Assembly (NCBI GenBank): GCA_964019335.1
Contig: OZ025702.1
Coordinates: 455,751-519,750 of the forward strand
DNA: 64,000 nt
Reading direction: 5' to 3'
DNA from: Diplonema japonicum
Taxonomy: Eukaryota > Protista > Euglenozoa: Diplonemea
Positions 10,012 through 20,527 of the stretch are shown one piece after another (position 1 is the stretch's first letter; every line of letters starts with the position of its first letter). A model generated the notes under the pieces. It was not told the DNA's origin. It did no database searches and saw nothing but the letters and a program-made list of their open reading frames with translations. The position numbers and the translations under genes were made by a program.

Positions 10012-13000
10012 GGACCCGTATCATGATCTTCCTCCCAATCAGTGTTCCCCTGCTCTGCTACCCCCCTTCAGTGTTTAGCATGAGCCCCTACTTCTCCCTT
10101 CCCCGAATATGCAACCAAAAACATGCATATTCAAACATCGCGATGGAGGCACTCCTCAGGCTGTTAGCTGATGGTGATGTGCACCCCAACCCTGGCCCGC
10201 CATGCAAGAAGATATCCCTCAAGGTGAAGACGACAGGATTATGGAAGGACTTCTACGTTCCAGCGGGAGAACCTCAAGGCACGAAAGGTAGTGTTCCGCG
10301 TCCGCCCTTGACATCGATAGGTGATGCGAAAACGTGCGACACAGTGACGATAACATCGGTTAACGTTACTTCGTGGAACAACACATTCCACATCCTCAAG
10401 AAGGTAACAGCCAATATCCTGTGTGTTCAGGAGACGGCGCTGACGGCTACGACACAATTCCAAGTGGCTACAACAATGAAGGGGGATCCGGGTATGACGC
10501 AGAGGCGTGTCATATTTGGGAAACCGCAACGTGGACTGATGCTGGACGGTGTTGAATCCCCAACCTTAGCGGAGAGGGGAGGCGTCGCCACATTATACCG
10601 TATTCCCGGCACCTGCATAGAACAGCATGTCCTCCCGGATGTTGGACAGCAGACGAGATTCCAACATGTAATGTACGCGATGGGTGAAGGCAACAGGTGG
10701 TTACACGTAGTTAACCTGTACGCCGATGTTGATAAGTCGAAGGCTGGAGTCGCTGCTCGCGAAACCTTACTTTGCAATATCCTAAACCGATTGCGGATAT
10801 CGCTAGGCCAGGTCCCGATCATTGTAGTTGGAGATATGAACACTACAATCGATGCATCTCCTACATTGCAACATGCGCTTAACACGCACTGGGTGGACGC
10901 ATCCGCGATGTTTGCAAAACATCAAGGGAGGGACCCAAGCCCCACCTACGTTACTGCCGTTGCAGCCACAAGACCCGACTACATCCTGATGAACCCCATA
11001 GCTGCTGCAGCGCTTGTGTCCTGTGTTACTGAAGACATAGGCGTGCCGTCGCATCGAGCGCTAACTGTGACGCTGAAGTTACCAGCCATGCGGCAACTTG
11101 TACCCATGTACAAGGTACCCAGACAGCTCAAATGTCCGAACACCGTCATCACGGGAACGCCTGGCTTGTTCGACCGCAGAATCTTCAACACTACCCTGCT
11201 GACTAACCTGAACTCGGCCATTCGATACCTAGCCGTCGCTGTTGAGGACCTCCTAGGAGCCGATCTCACACAGCGGGGGCGAGGAGACTTGCGGCAACCG
11301 GTGCTTCGGGAGATTTCCGCACCGTCGAATCATGAAGGGTGTGGGGCAGCGACCTGCAAAGAGAACCAAGTCGCGATCCTTAAGCGGAAGATTAAATCAT
11401 TGATCCGACGAATGGAAGAAACACCCGCGATAGGATGCATGTCGCACGAGATGAGGGCACAGATACGTAACGTGTACACCACTGCAGTGCGTCTGAAGCT
11501 ATGGACTGAGAGACCCGACCCCCAAGATTGGTCTTGTAACGACGAGATTTACACGGCGATGGCTGAGCTTAGGGGTAGGGCTGCGAAGTCGAACGCTGAG
11601 ATAATCAGCCGCAACAAGAGACACCGGAACAAGGAGTACGCGAGGTGGACTGCGGAAGAGTTTGGCACGGACCGTAAACGTGTGACGGCATTTTTAAAGG
11701 ATGGTACGGTGGAACAAGAAACGAAGACCACGCAAACCGTACGGCGCGACAGTGGGCAGATCACCGCTAACGCAGTCGAAATGTTGAGGACCTTGGAGCA
11801 GCATTGGGCGAAGGTTTTCTGCCTCTTCGGAAACGGAGAGACCAAGCCGTCGTACAAGAAATTCAAAGCGACCTACGGACAGTTCATCAAACGCACCGAA
11901 ATGACATGTCCTCTGATTACGGTGCAGGACTTGCGCGTAGTCCTCGCGAGAACGAAGAAGAAGACTGCGTGTGCTGTTGACGGGTGGCGCTTTGCTGAGC
12001 TCCATTGTCTGCCGGACGATGTTCTTGGCTCATTCGCGGACCTTTTCAATGCTATTGAGCTACAGGGTCGTTGGCCCGACACTGTGATGACTGCGTTGAT
12101 CTCGATGCTCCCGAAAAATGGTACAGGCCAACCGCTTGACCATCGACCGATCACCGTCACCAGTGTGATTTACCGCCTGTGGGCCTGTGTCCGACTCAAA
12201 CATGTTCTCGAATGGCAGGAGAAATGGATCGATCCCACCATGCACGGCTTCAGGCCCAAACACGGAGCTGACCATGTCCTCATGGACATATCGACAATGG
12301 TAGAGGATGCACTCCTAGGTGGGAGGCCACTGTATGGCTTAGCGCTGGACTTCCAAAAGTGCTTTGATCGAGTTCCGCAGGAGATTGCCCTTTCGTTAGT
12401 AGAGGACCTTGGCCTGAGCGTATCCATCACCCGTCCGATGCGATACGTGTATGAGAATCTGCAACGCCGACTAAAACTACCGCTTGGGGTAGGCGAGGTG
12501 CTACACGTGGACAATGGAATCCTCCAGGGGTGCCCGCTGTCGGCCGTTCTGATCAACGCACTGCTGTCGATCATGGTCAAAGAAATCGGACACTTGACGA
12601 AGGCAAAAACTACCTCATACGCCGATGATGTGACGATGTACAGCAGGAAGTCAGAACGACACGTACAGCGAGCTGTTGATAGAGTATCCGAGTTCTGTAA
12701 AATCACAGGGATGGCTCTGAACCACGAGAAGACGCTTGCTTTCAGCACCGTGAAGAAGTATACGTCAACTCTACGACAGGGTGGATTTACGTTTGCTACG
12801 AAGAAGAAGGTGAAGATCCTTGGAGTCACTCTGTCAATGGAAAGGAAAGGTAGGGCTGACAACAAGAGGGTGGAGAAAGCGGTCGAGACAGCCAAGAGAC
12901 TGGCCGCGTTACAACTACCCTTTACAAAGAAAGCCCTCATCGTGAGCCAATCTATTCTACCCGCTGCCTTATACGGTGCGCCATATGCCCCACCGTCAAA

Positions 13001-14438
13001 CGCGAAGATCGACGCCCTTAGGATCGCTGTAACAGATTGTCTGTGGGGTCCGTACAACACCACGCGCTCATCGGGCGCGCTCTTGAACATCGCACTACCG
13101 GGCCACACACACGACCCTCTTGCTGCCTTTGCCTACAAGACGGCGGGCACCGTCCTGAGGCTAGCGGAAAATCGAAGAATACGAAAGCGTGCAAGAAAGA
13201 TCCGGAAGAAGTACACGAAGAATATGAGGTCCGCTGGTCCCATAGGAACACTCCTGCGTCTTCTGGAACCAGCCAAGCTCGGATGGCCTTGGGCCAGGGC
13301 CCTCTTGGGCGTGCATAAAGCTGCCAGAGGTCATGAGATACGGCGAGTGACGAAAGCGATCAGAAGGAACGCAGTTGCCAAAGGCAGACCCTCCTTTATT
13401 GGTGTCGGCCGCGCAATTGACGAAGTCCGCACTAACGAGGTGTGGAAGAGTGCCAGGTCCGTGCAAGAGGAACGACTTGGCTTGAGGATGATCACGGGTG
13501 CCATGTTCCGCAGCTACCCGATCGTCGAACCAGAGGTACAATGTATTGGGTGTGAGGCGCTCTTCACCACGCAAGACGAGTACACCATACACACGTTCTG
13601 GAAATGCAAGGCACACGAAGAGGTACGCGGTGCACCTGAGTTCGCCCCTGCAATGCATGCATACAGGCAAGAGGGGATCACACGCTGCCTTGCACTACAC
13701 GGCATCATCCCTCTGGAATGTAAGACGGAACGGCCAGAGGTAATACAACAGATGCTGCTTGCGATCATCAGGAGAGTGAGCGCGAAGCAGGAAACGAAGA
13801 AGGCCGCGGTAGAAAGGTTCCCTTGGAACAGACCGCTGGTTGGAAGAGGGTGCTCGGTGCCAAGCCTGGATTGGTACAAGAACAACGGACTGAAACACTT
13901 CCAAGGGGATACGATTGTCCCAGAAGTGCTCAAATGGCTTCGCATGCTGCAGTGGAGCCCACATGGTTCAGTCTCAAGGATAGAGCTCGCACTCGACTTT
14001 GAGGCCACGACCAAACAGCTCATCTTGGAAGATACGGCTGACGTACGTAAGCGTGCAAACCGGCTAGCTAAAGTTCTGACAAAACTGTCAGAGGTGGCCG
14101 AAAAGAAAGCACGACCCCCTCCTATCCCCGGGAAACCTTTCTTGACATCCTCCCTCCGATCCATTGGTGCAAACAAACGGATCCGAGGGTATACCTGCAG
14201 ACCCACATTCGCATCGTACGACAAGGTGCGCTTCATCCTCGAACAGCGACTCGCAACCGGTTCACCGGGGAGAGACGACTGGAGCGACAAGTTCGTGCCG
14301 ACCTACCTCGAACCTACCCGAAGTATCCCCACCCCATCTGCCGATAAAAATGCAGCGACGCAGAAGGGTAACAACACAAGATAGACCCCCCACCACGCTG
14401 CACACTTAACGCCAAATAGTGTTGCAACCAAAGCCCCA
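8766..14438 (+). mobile_element. Non-LTR retrotransposon (APE + RT), 5'-truncated within ORF1, flanked by T-runs (copy L-A)
   Basis: GC-rich, homopolymer-free island between T7 (8759-8765) and T11 (14439-14449); ORF1 followed by APE/RT/CCHC ORF2. Confidence 0.92.
10008..14384 (+). CDS. L-A ORF2: 2A-like peptide, AP endonuclease, reverse transcriptase, C-terminal CCHC knuckle
   Basis: APE motifs SVNV, QET, GDMN, RPDYIL, PSH; RT motifs LDFQKCFDRV, GILQGCPLS, SYADD; CIGC...HTFWKC; ATG 10008 overlaps the ORF1 TGA (ATGA). Confidence 0.93.
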   Translation: MRTRIMIFLPISVPLLCYPPSVFSMSPYFSLPRICNQKHAYSNIAMEALLRLLADGDVHPNPGPPCKKISLKVKTTGLWKDFYVPAGEPQGTKGSVPRPPLTSIGDAKTCDTVTITSVNVTSWNNTFHILKKVTANILCVQETALTATTQFQVATTMKGDPGMTQRRVIFGKPQRGLMLDGVESPTLAERGGVATLYRIPGTCIEQHVLPDVGQQTRFQHVMYAMGEGNRWLHVVNLYADVDKSKAGVAARETLLCNILNRLRISLGQVPIIVVGDMNTTIDASPTLQHALNTHWVDASAMFAKHQGRDPSPTYVTAVAATRPDYILMNPIAAAALVSCVTEDIGVPSHRALTVTLKLPAMRQLVPMYKVPRQLKCPNTVITGTPGLFDRRIFNTTLLTNLNSAIRYLAVAVEDLLGADLTQRGRGDLRQPVLREISAPSNHEGCGAATCKENQVAILKRKIKSLIRRMEETPAIGCMSHEMRAQIRNVYTTAVRLKLWTERPDPQDWSCNDEIYTAMAELRGRAAKSNAEIISRNKRHRNKEYARWTAEEFGTDRKRVTAFLKDGTVEQETKTTQTVRRDSGQITANAVEMLRTLEQHWAKVFCLFGNGETKPSYKKFKATYGQFIKRTEMTCPLITVQDLRVVLARTKKKTACAVDGWRFAELHCLPDDVLGSFADLFNAIELQGRWPDTVMTALISMLPKNGTGQPLDHRPITVTSVIYRLWACVRLKHVLEWQEKWIDPTMHGFRPKHGADHVLMDISTMVEDALLGGRPLYGLALDFQKCFDRVPQEIALSLVEDLGLSVSITRPMRYVYENLQRRLKLPLGVGEVLHVDNGILQGCPLSAVLINALLSIMVKEIGHLTKAKTTSYADDVTMYSRKSERHVQRAVDRVSEFCKITGMALNHEKTLAFSTVKKYTSTLRQGGFTFATKKKVKILGVTLSMERKGRADNKRVEKAVETAKRLAALQLPFTKKALIVSQSILPAALYGAPYAPPSNAKIDALRIAVTDCLWGPYNTTRSSGALLNIALPGHTHDPLAAFAYKTAGTVLRLAENRRIRKRARKIRKKYTKNMRSAGPIGTLLRLLEPAKLGWPWARALLGVHKAARGHEIRRVTKAIRRNAVAKGRPSFIGVGRAIDEVRTNEVWKSARSVQEERLGLRMITGAMFRSYPIVEPEVQCIGCEALFTTQDEYTIHTFWKCKAHEEVRGAPEFAPAMHAYRQEGITRCLALHGIIPLECKTERPEVIQQMLLAIIRRVSAKQETKKAAVERFPWNRPLVGRGCSVPSLDWYKNNGLKHFQGDTIVPEVLKWLRMLQWSPHGSVSRIELALDFEATTKQLILEDTADVRKRANRLAKVLTKLSEVAEKKARPPPIPGKPFLTSSLRSIGANKRIRGYTCRPTFASYDKVRFILEQRLATGSPGRDDWSDKFVPTYLEPTRSIPTPSADKNAATQKGNNTR

Positions 14439-14582
14439 TTTTTTTTTTTAAATAATTTTTTTTCTCCTCTCATAAAAAAAACCCCTCGTCCCTCCCCCCC
14501 CCCTCTTTTTCTATTTTCTTTTTAAATATTTTTGAAAATATTATATCATTCCCCCCCCAAAGAAAAACAGAGCACACTCTAA

Positions 14583-15395
14583 ATGCAATGTGCACCTTTT
14601 GGAAACCCGTGTGGATCTTGTAACAAAGGGCAAGTTTGCAGCCAAATAGAAAATTGCGCTTTCATGTGCATTACAAGCCTAGATGGTGCAGGAAGCTGGG
14701 TAAAGGACGCAGGTGAAGACGAATACAGGACGCTCCTGCCGTGGGCAGGTTTCTTGGAAGGGATAGGGGTGGTGCTCATAGTTTTAATAGGGTTGCTGTG
14801 GAAGAAAACGGGGACGTATGAAGTTGGAGTGAGCAGGGAGACGCTGCCCACCGTCCCGCCACCACCACCACCACCACCACGACAACCGAGAAGCATTGCA
14901 TCTCCAGAAGAAGTCAAAGCCCATGTGATGAGCCCTGCCATCGCATCGTCTGTATCGCCTGTGGCTTCTATTGAAGCAATGTCACCTACTCTAACCCCAA
15001 AGGATCTTCATATCGATTTCGCAAACACTGAGCCGACCCCACACTCCCCTGATCAGCTGCTTGATACACCGCTGTCATGTGGGTTTTCCGTGGAGATCGA
15101 CTCCAAGAGGCTTGCCGGTCTCTATGGCGTCTCCAAGACTAATGCAGAATTCACGTGTTACTGTCACCACTTCACACAGGATGGTGCGCACTGTACCGTT
15201 ACGCAGACGGATTCTAAAGCGTCTCGTGCCTGTCCTGGGGTGTTGTACGCCCGCAAGAGCAGTGCGGCATTCAACTTCCTTGGCATCTCGAACCTCATTT
15301 TAGAATGCCGTCCTAAAAAGGACGGGCACACCCGGTGCACGGACAAACACTGCCCTTACCTGGCGGAGGGGGTCGCGTGTCCTTACACCGTGTAA
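14583..15395 (+). CDS. Hypothetical single-pass membrane protein (Cys-rich N-terminus, TM, poly-Pro, Cys-containing C-terminal domain)
   Basis: 270-aa ATG ORF in coding-like sequence; TM FLEGIGVVLIVLIGLLW. Confidence 0.65.
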   Translation: MQCAPFGNPCGSCNKGQVCSQIENCAFMCITSLDGAGSWVKDAGEDEYRTLLPWAGFLEGIGVVLIVLIGLLWKKTGTYEVGVSRETLPTVPPPPPPPPRQPRSIASPEEVKAHVMSPAIASSVSPVASIEAMSPTLTPKDLHIDFANTEPTPHSPDQLLDTPLSCGFSVEIDSKRLAGLYGVSKTNAEFTCYCHHFTQDGAHCTVTQTDSKASRACPGVLYARKSSAAFNFLGISNLILECRPKKDGHTRCTDKHCPYLAEGVACPYTV

Positions 15396-15520
15396 AAAAA
15401 AAGAGAAGAAAAAAAAAAAAAGAAAAAAAAGAAAGGGGTGGGGGAAATGTTGTGTTTTATGTTATATTTATCACCCCTTCCCCTTCCCTTTCCCCTTCCC
15501 CTTCACCACCCTCAGACAGC

Positions 15521-16258
15521 ATGGATCTATATGATGCGATAAGTGAGGATGGTGCCAAGGACGTCACTTGCTACGTTTTCGGCAGTTATCTAAAAAGGAA
15601 AGGTGTTCCCCTTGACGAAAGACTAGTAGGTGTGGTGTTCAAACGGTGCGATGTGGACAAGGACTTCATACTGGACCGAAGGGAGGTGGGGCTGATAGCC
15701 GATTTGTATCCGGCCCTGGGGACCAGCCTGCAAAGGTGCAGCACGCTGGAAAGCGAAGACGGAGTCGAGATAGGGACGGGACTGGGCGCGGTGGAGAAGG
15801 AGTACTTAGTACTGAAAAAAAAAGAAGGCCTTGCGAGGCGGCACTTGAAATCCTGCCGTGAGACCTGTGACGAACTGACGACAACCCTTGCTGCTAGAGA
15901 GCGGAAGGTTTCGCAGCTCAACGAAATATATAACACCACCACTGTGCTGCACGAAGCATCTCTTAGAGACACCGCTTCGCATACTGCAAAACAAAACCGG
16001 CTTAAGAAACAGCTTGCTACCCGACAGCAAGAATTAGCTGAAGCCACCAATTTCGCCATCCGCACAGCGTCAGAACACGAAGAGGCAACCGCTTCTTTCA
16101 CAACGGCGCAGCTGAAGACGTGTTCTTGCATCGCGTATGAAAAGAAGTTGAAAAGCTTGCGAAACAACGATGCTGCAGAGATGAAAACACCGAAAAAGAA
16201 AACCTTCGGTGGGGCGCACCGCTTGCCGTTCACCCCTAGAGACGTCAACGCATATTGA
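15521..16258 (+). CDS. Hypothetical protein with EF-hand-like loop and coiled coil
   Basis: ATG 15521 follows a pyrimidine tract and CAG; DVDKDFILDRRE resembles an EF-hand loop; heptad-rich C-terminal half. Confidence 0.6.
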   Translation: MDLYDAISEDGAKDVTCYVFGSYLKRKGVPLDERLVGVVFKRCDVDKDFILDRREVGLIADLYPALGTSLQRCSTLESEDGVEIGTGLGAVEKEYLVLKKKEGLARRHLKSCRETCDELTTTLAARERKVSQLNEIYNTTTVLHEASLRDTASHTAKQNRLKKQLATRQQELAEATNFAIRTASEHEEATASFTTAQLKTCSCIAYEKKLKSLRNNDAAEMKTPKKKTFGGAHRLPFTPRDVNAY

Positions 16259-16396
16259 ACGAGAGGAAAAAGGAAAAGATAGATGTACACTAGTAGATAG
16301 AGATGTAAACACCACTTTCTTCTTTTTTTTGTGCAGAGCAGAATATAAGCAAATCAACAGGAGATCGGGGTATTGGGAGTTGTGATGATGTAGAGA

Positions 16397-17734
16397 ATGG
16401 GTTGCTGCTTCAGCCGGTCTGATGATAATGCCGATCCTGCCTCGCCCCTGCCACCTCCGCACCCGTTGCCCGTCACCAAACGCAAGGCCGTGCAGCACAG
16501 GGTGAACCCCTTGCAGCAGTATCACGGTGCGTACACATTCGAGGACGCCATCGCTGGGAGATGGGCAGCACCGGGAGAGCAGTTGCCACGTCGGCCTGAC
16601 GCAGCTTGCAAACCTGTACGGATGACACCTGTGGTCATCGTTCCTGAGGCAAAAACTGTGATTAAGGTGTACAAGGTGGGTGACAGCGGGAAGAAGCCCT
16701 CCAAGCCCGAGTCTGGTCCTGCTGTCGTCGACTGCTACGGGTTGGAGGTTAACATCAGCAGTAGCTCGACAGAGTTGAGATTGCCCTCTTCTCCGTCGCC
16801 TCAAGACCCTGCCCCTCCTCCTCCTTTTCCTACGGCTTTGCCACCAGCCCGTGCCCCGACACCCGCCCCTGCAGCCCCCGTGCTGCCTGAACGGCCTTGC
16901 CTACAAGCGGTTCTCGAGAACCATCGCCGTGCGATGCCGTCTTCCACGTCGTGGGACATCACGCCCGTTTTAACGCACCCCCACCCGCCCAGTCTCCTCA
17001 CCACTATCATCATGAAAGAACACATCCTTAAGAATAGTTTCAGAGATCTCCAAGCGGAGCATGGGAGTCTTGACAGCTTTTACGAGCAGGCGGTGCCAAA
17101 GAGACTGGCAGAATGCAGCAACACCTGCAGCGGGGCTGGAAAGAACACAGGCCGTGGAGAGAAGAGCCGAGCGAACCTCAAGAGAGCATTGCGGGTAGCA
17201 AGGGAAGGCGTACGGAGGGATGACAAGCTGGTGAACCTGTATATGGATGTAAACAAAGAAGTGTACAACGGGGTCATGGAGGCGATCCCATCACAGCATA
17301 TGGGGCGCTCACGGAGTGAGTGCAACCTTAAGGTTAAGGTGGGCAAGGTGTGTGTGTTCCCCCCCGAGGAGGTGGACGCGGCCATGGCTGCTATTGAGAA
17401 TTACTATTTGAAAACGAAAGAAGCAGTGCTCCAAGGGGAAGCACTTGGCATCGACCTTGTTGCGCGACTCTTTATGTCGCTCATATCTGTGCACCCATGT
17501 CCTGATGGCAACGGCCGCACTGCGTCTTGCATAGTGACCGCTGTGGCAGAGACTCTTTCCCTACCCCCACCCCTTCTCACAAAGGAGTCTTGCAAGATTC
17601 TACGTGCATATGAAAATCAACAACATCCTTCACAAAATTCCACTCCTTCTGACTGCCTCCATATAATGTCCACGGCTATGGCGGACGCCCTAATGACACT
17701 CTCGGACCACCTCGATGAGGTAATAGAAACATAA
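16397..17734 (+). CDS. Fic/Doc-domain protein with N-terminal dual-acylation motif
   Basis: MGCCFS N-terminus; HPCPDGNGRTAS at 17492-17527 matches the Fic motif HxFx[DE]GNGRxxR with substitutions. Confidence 0.8.
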   Translation: MGCCFSRSDDNADPASPLPPPHPLPVTKRKAVQHRVNPLQQYHGAYTFEDAIAGRWAAPGEQLPRRPDAACKPVRMTPVVIVPEAKTVIKVYKVGDSGKKPSKPESGPAVVDCYGLEVNISSSSTELRLPSSPSPQDPAPPPPFPTALPPARAPTPAPAAPVLPERPCLQAVLENHRRAMPSSTSWDITPVLTHPHPPSLLTTIIMKEHILKNSFRDLQAEHGSLDSFYEQAVPKRLAECSNTCSGAGKNTGRGEKSRANLKRALRVAREGVRRDDKLVNLYMDVNKEVYNGVMEAIPSQHMGRSRSECNLKVKVGKVCVFPPEEVDAAMAAIENYYLKTKEAVLQGEALGIDLVARLFMSLISVHPCPDGNGRTASCIVTAVAETLSLPPPLLTKESCKILRAYENQQHPSQNSTPSDCLHIMSTAMADALMTLSDHLDEVIET

Positions 17735-17933
17735 AAGCAAAAAAAAAAACAAAACAAAACAAAAAAAAAAAAAAAAAAAAAACGTTTTTTTTTTTTCTTC
17801 TTTTTCTTTTTACCTGTTCAATTCCTTTTTGTTTCTTATCCCTCATGTAGTTTTTTTATATTTTTTTTTTTTTGAAACCTTCTTTGAAAACTTTTACCCT
17901 TCGCACCCCATCCACTCTCAAAGTGCCTGCAAA

Positions 17934-19637
17934 ATGAGCTCCCCCAGACCCGAAGGGACGGATGCCAAAAGGCCGCACATCATCAGCCTGTTCAACCCCA
18001 GCGACTACTCGACAGCAACGATGCCGTGTGATTTGATCAACCTGACCTTGGGGCAGATAAAGGCACACGCTGCTCTACAGTTCGGGCTAGCAGGAACAGT
18101 CTTCGAGCTGATGCACAACGGCAACCTGCTTGGGGACAGCGGGAAGGCCATCGATGTAGGCATCGGGAACGGGGCAGTCGTCGTTGCTCATGTGAAGCAG
18201 CCCCCCGTGATGCCCATGCTACCCGCTGTGAACCCGCAGCTGCAGATGTACCAGCTGGCGCTTACGAACCAGTTCGCCGCGTCGCTGACTTCGCCCCTCC
18301 CGTCACCGCAGCTCCCGGTCAGCTCCGCCATGCTTGCCGCAGGCCCACCTCCTCCCTTTATCCCTCAAATGGAGATCGGTGCAAGGTCAGGCAGTTGTGG
18401 TTCTGAGGTGTCCCTTACCACCCCTGCCACCTCGCCGCCCTCTCCCACCCCGACGCCATTCCCTGTGAACTCCGTTCCCGTCTCGACTGAGTTCTGCACC
18501 TATGCGGTTACTAGCGACGGGTCGCGGGCACTTCTCCAAGCGCTGCAGGGCCTCCCAGACCCCGCAGAGACTATCGACCAAGTGCTTCCCATCTTGTGCC
18601 CGAAGATGACAAGCCTAGCCGTGAACCACCATGCCTCGCGTGTCATCATAGGGATCATCAACCTGTGCAGACCGCAGCAGATGCTGATGCTGCTGACGCA
18701 CATCTGCAGCAACGTCGCCGAGCTGGTGGAGTCGAACTCAGGGTCTGAAGTCATGGTGGCGCTCGTGAACAACACGAAAGGCGCCGACGCGTACCGCAAC
18801 GAGGCAGGCACACCGCTGCTGGTGGAGGCAATCGCGGGAAGCTTGCCGGCGTTCGCAACATCTGTGAACGGCAGGAAGGTATGCCGCTAGAAATCCAACA
18901 CAACACAACAGGTCCTTCAAGCAGTGCTGCAGAAGCTCGCCCCAGAGGATGTCATGCTGATCTACGAGGCAGCAGCGGTGGGGCTGGTTTCACTAGCGAC
19001 GGATCAATGCGGGTGCATCACAATGCAAAGGTTGTGGGACAACGCAGGCCCCACCGTCAGAGCAAGGCTGCAGTCTCAGCTGATACACAACCTGGAGCAG
19101 ATGCTGACGGACCCTTACGGCAACTACGTAGTGCAGCACGCTGTGAAGGGGAACCCAACATTCTCCGCTGTTGTCGCAGAGAAGGTCACAGGGAGGATCT
19201 TGGAGTTTGCGGTGAACAAGTTCGCTTCAAATGTCATCGAAAAGTGCATGCAAACCGGTCCTGATGAGGTCAGGGAAGCTCTTATGAATAAGGTAACGGA
19301 AGAGGGTGTACTGGAGCATCTGATTGTTGATGCTTATGGGAACTATGTGGTCCAGTCAGTGGTGGATCAAGTGCCCGTGGGCTTGCTTGAGTATTTGCGT
19401 GCGTGTATTTTGCCTTTGGTGGGTGGGTCTCCTTATGGTTATCGAATTGAGACGAAACTTCAGAAAAGGTTCAGGAGCACATCTAGGAAGCCCCCTCACA
19501 ATGGTTCTCGCCAGCCCCTTCAGAATCTCTCCTCGCACGCCCCTTCTTCTGCGTCGGCGAACACTTCCACAACTCCCTTTGCAAAGGCTGTTCCGTGCTC
19601 AGCCCACCCTGGGCTTTCTTTCTCTAATAAGGCGTAG
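17934..19637 (+). CDS. Pumilio/PUF RNA-binding protein with N-terminal ubiquitin-like domain; 2 exons (17934-18878, 18912-19637), about 556 aa
   Basis: PUF repeats GCITMQRL, YGNYVVQHA, FASNVIEKC, YGNYVVQSV plus four degenerate upstream repeats; 33-nt GTATGC...ACAACAG intron restores the frame. Confidence 0.88.
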
Positions 19638-20488
19638 TTTTTTTTATTTTATTTTATTGCCCTTTACCTTTTTTCTTTTTTTTTTTTAAATCCGGGAAAA
19701 AAAAAGCCAAGAAAGAATTGTTGTTTTTTTTTTTTTTTTTTTCTTCTTCTTTTTTTTTTTTTTTTTTTTTTTTGCACCACCCCATTCACTTTGTTTTCCC
19801 AAATATAGCTTTAGAAGAAGAATTACTAATAATAAAAAAAGACTTTTTTTTTTTTTTTTTTTTTTTTTCCTGACATGCTTATAAGATGTCAGAAATAAGA
19901 AATAAGAAAAAAACAAGTGGAAAAAAAGGAGGGGAATCCCTTTTTTTTTTTTTTTTTTTTTTTATTTCACTCTTCCGAAATTACTTCACGCCCTCGGGGC
20001 TCATTACTTCACGGTGAAATTATAGCCTATCAGTAGACCAATTTTTGGCTCGGATCAGGCCTGATCAGGGATGGTGTAGTCAACGAAAGGAGGAAAAGCA
20101 AGTTGTATTGTAACCTTTGTTACCCCTCTCTTGCTGTACCCCTTGTCACCTCTTTTGCCACCTTGTAGTCTGGTAGTTTCGGGGAGTCGTGAATTAAAGC
20201 CACTTACCTCCGCATTTTACGGTAAAATGCGGTACCTAAAAGTAACGGTATAGTTATTACTTGTTGGTAGTAAATGGCTTATTATTTTTACACCTTTTTT
20301 TTACCAAAAAAAAAATTTAAATGAAAAAAAAAAAATCTTGTTTGTTTGTACAACCCCCCCCTTTCAATGACCTCTACTCCTTTCTTTTAATTTTCTTTTG
20401 GGTATTTGCGGCTAAGTACATAAGAATTTTTTTTTTTTAACTAGAGGGGAAAAGAAAAGAAAGTTCTCAAGTAGTTTAGTATCAGCTA

Positions 20489-20527
<39 letters not shown>

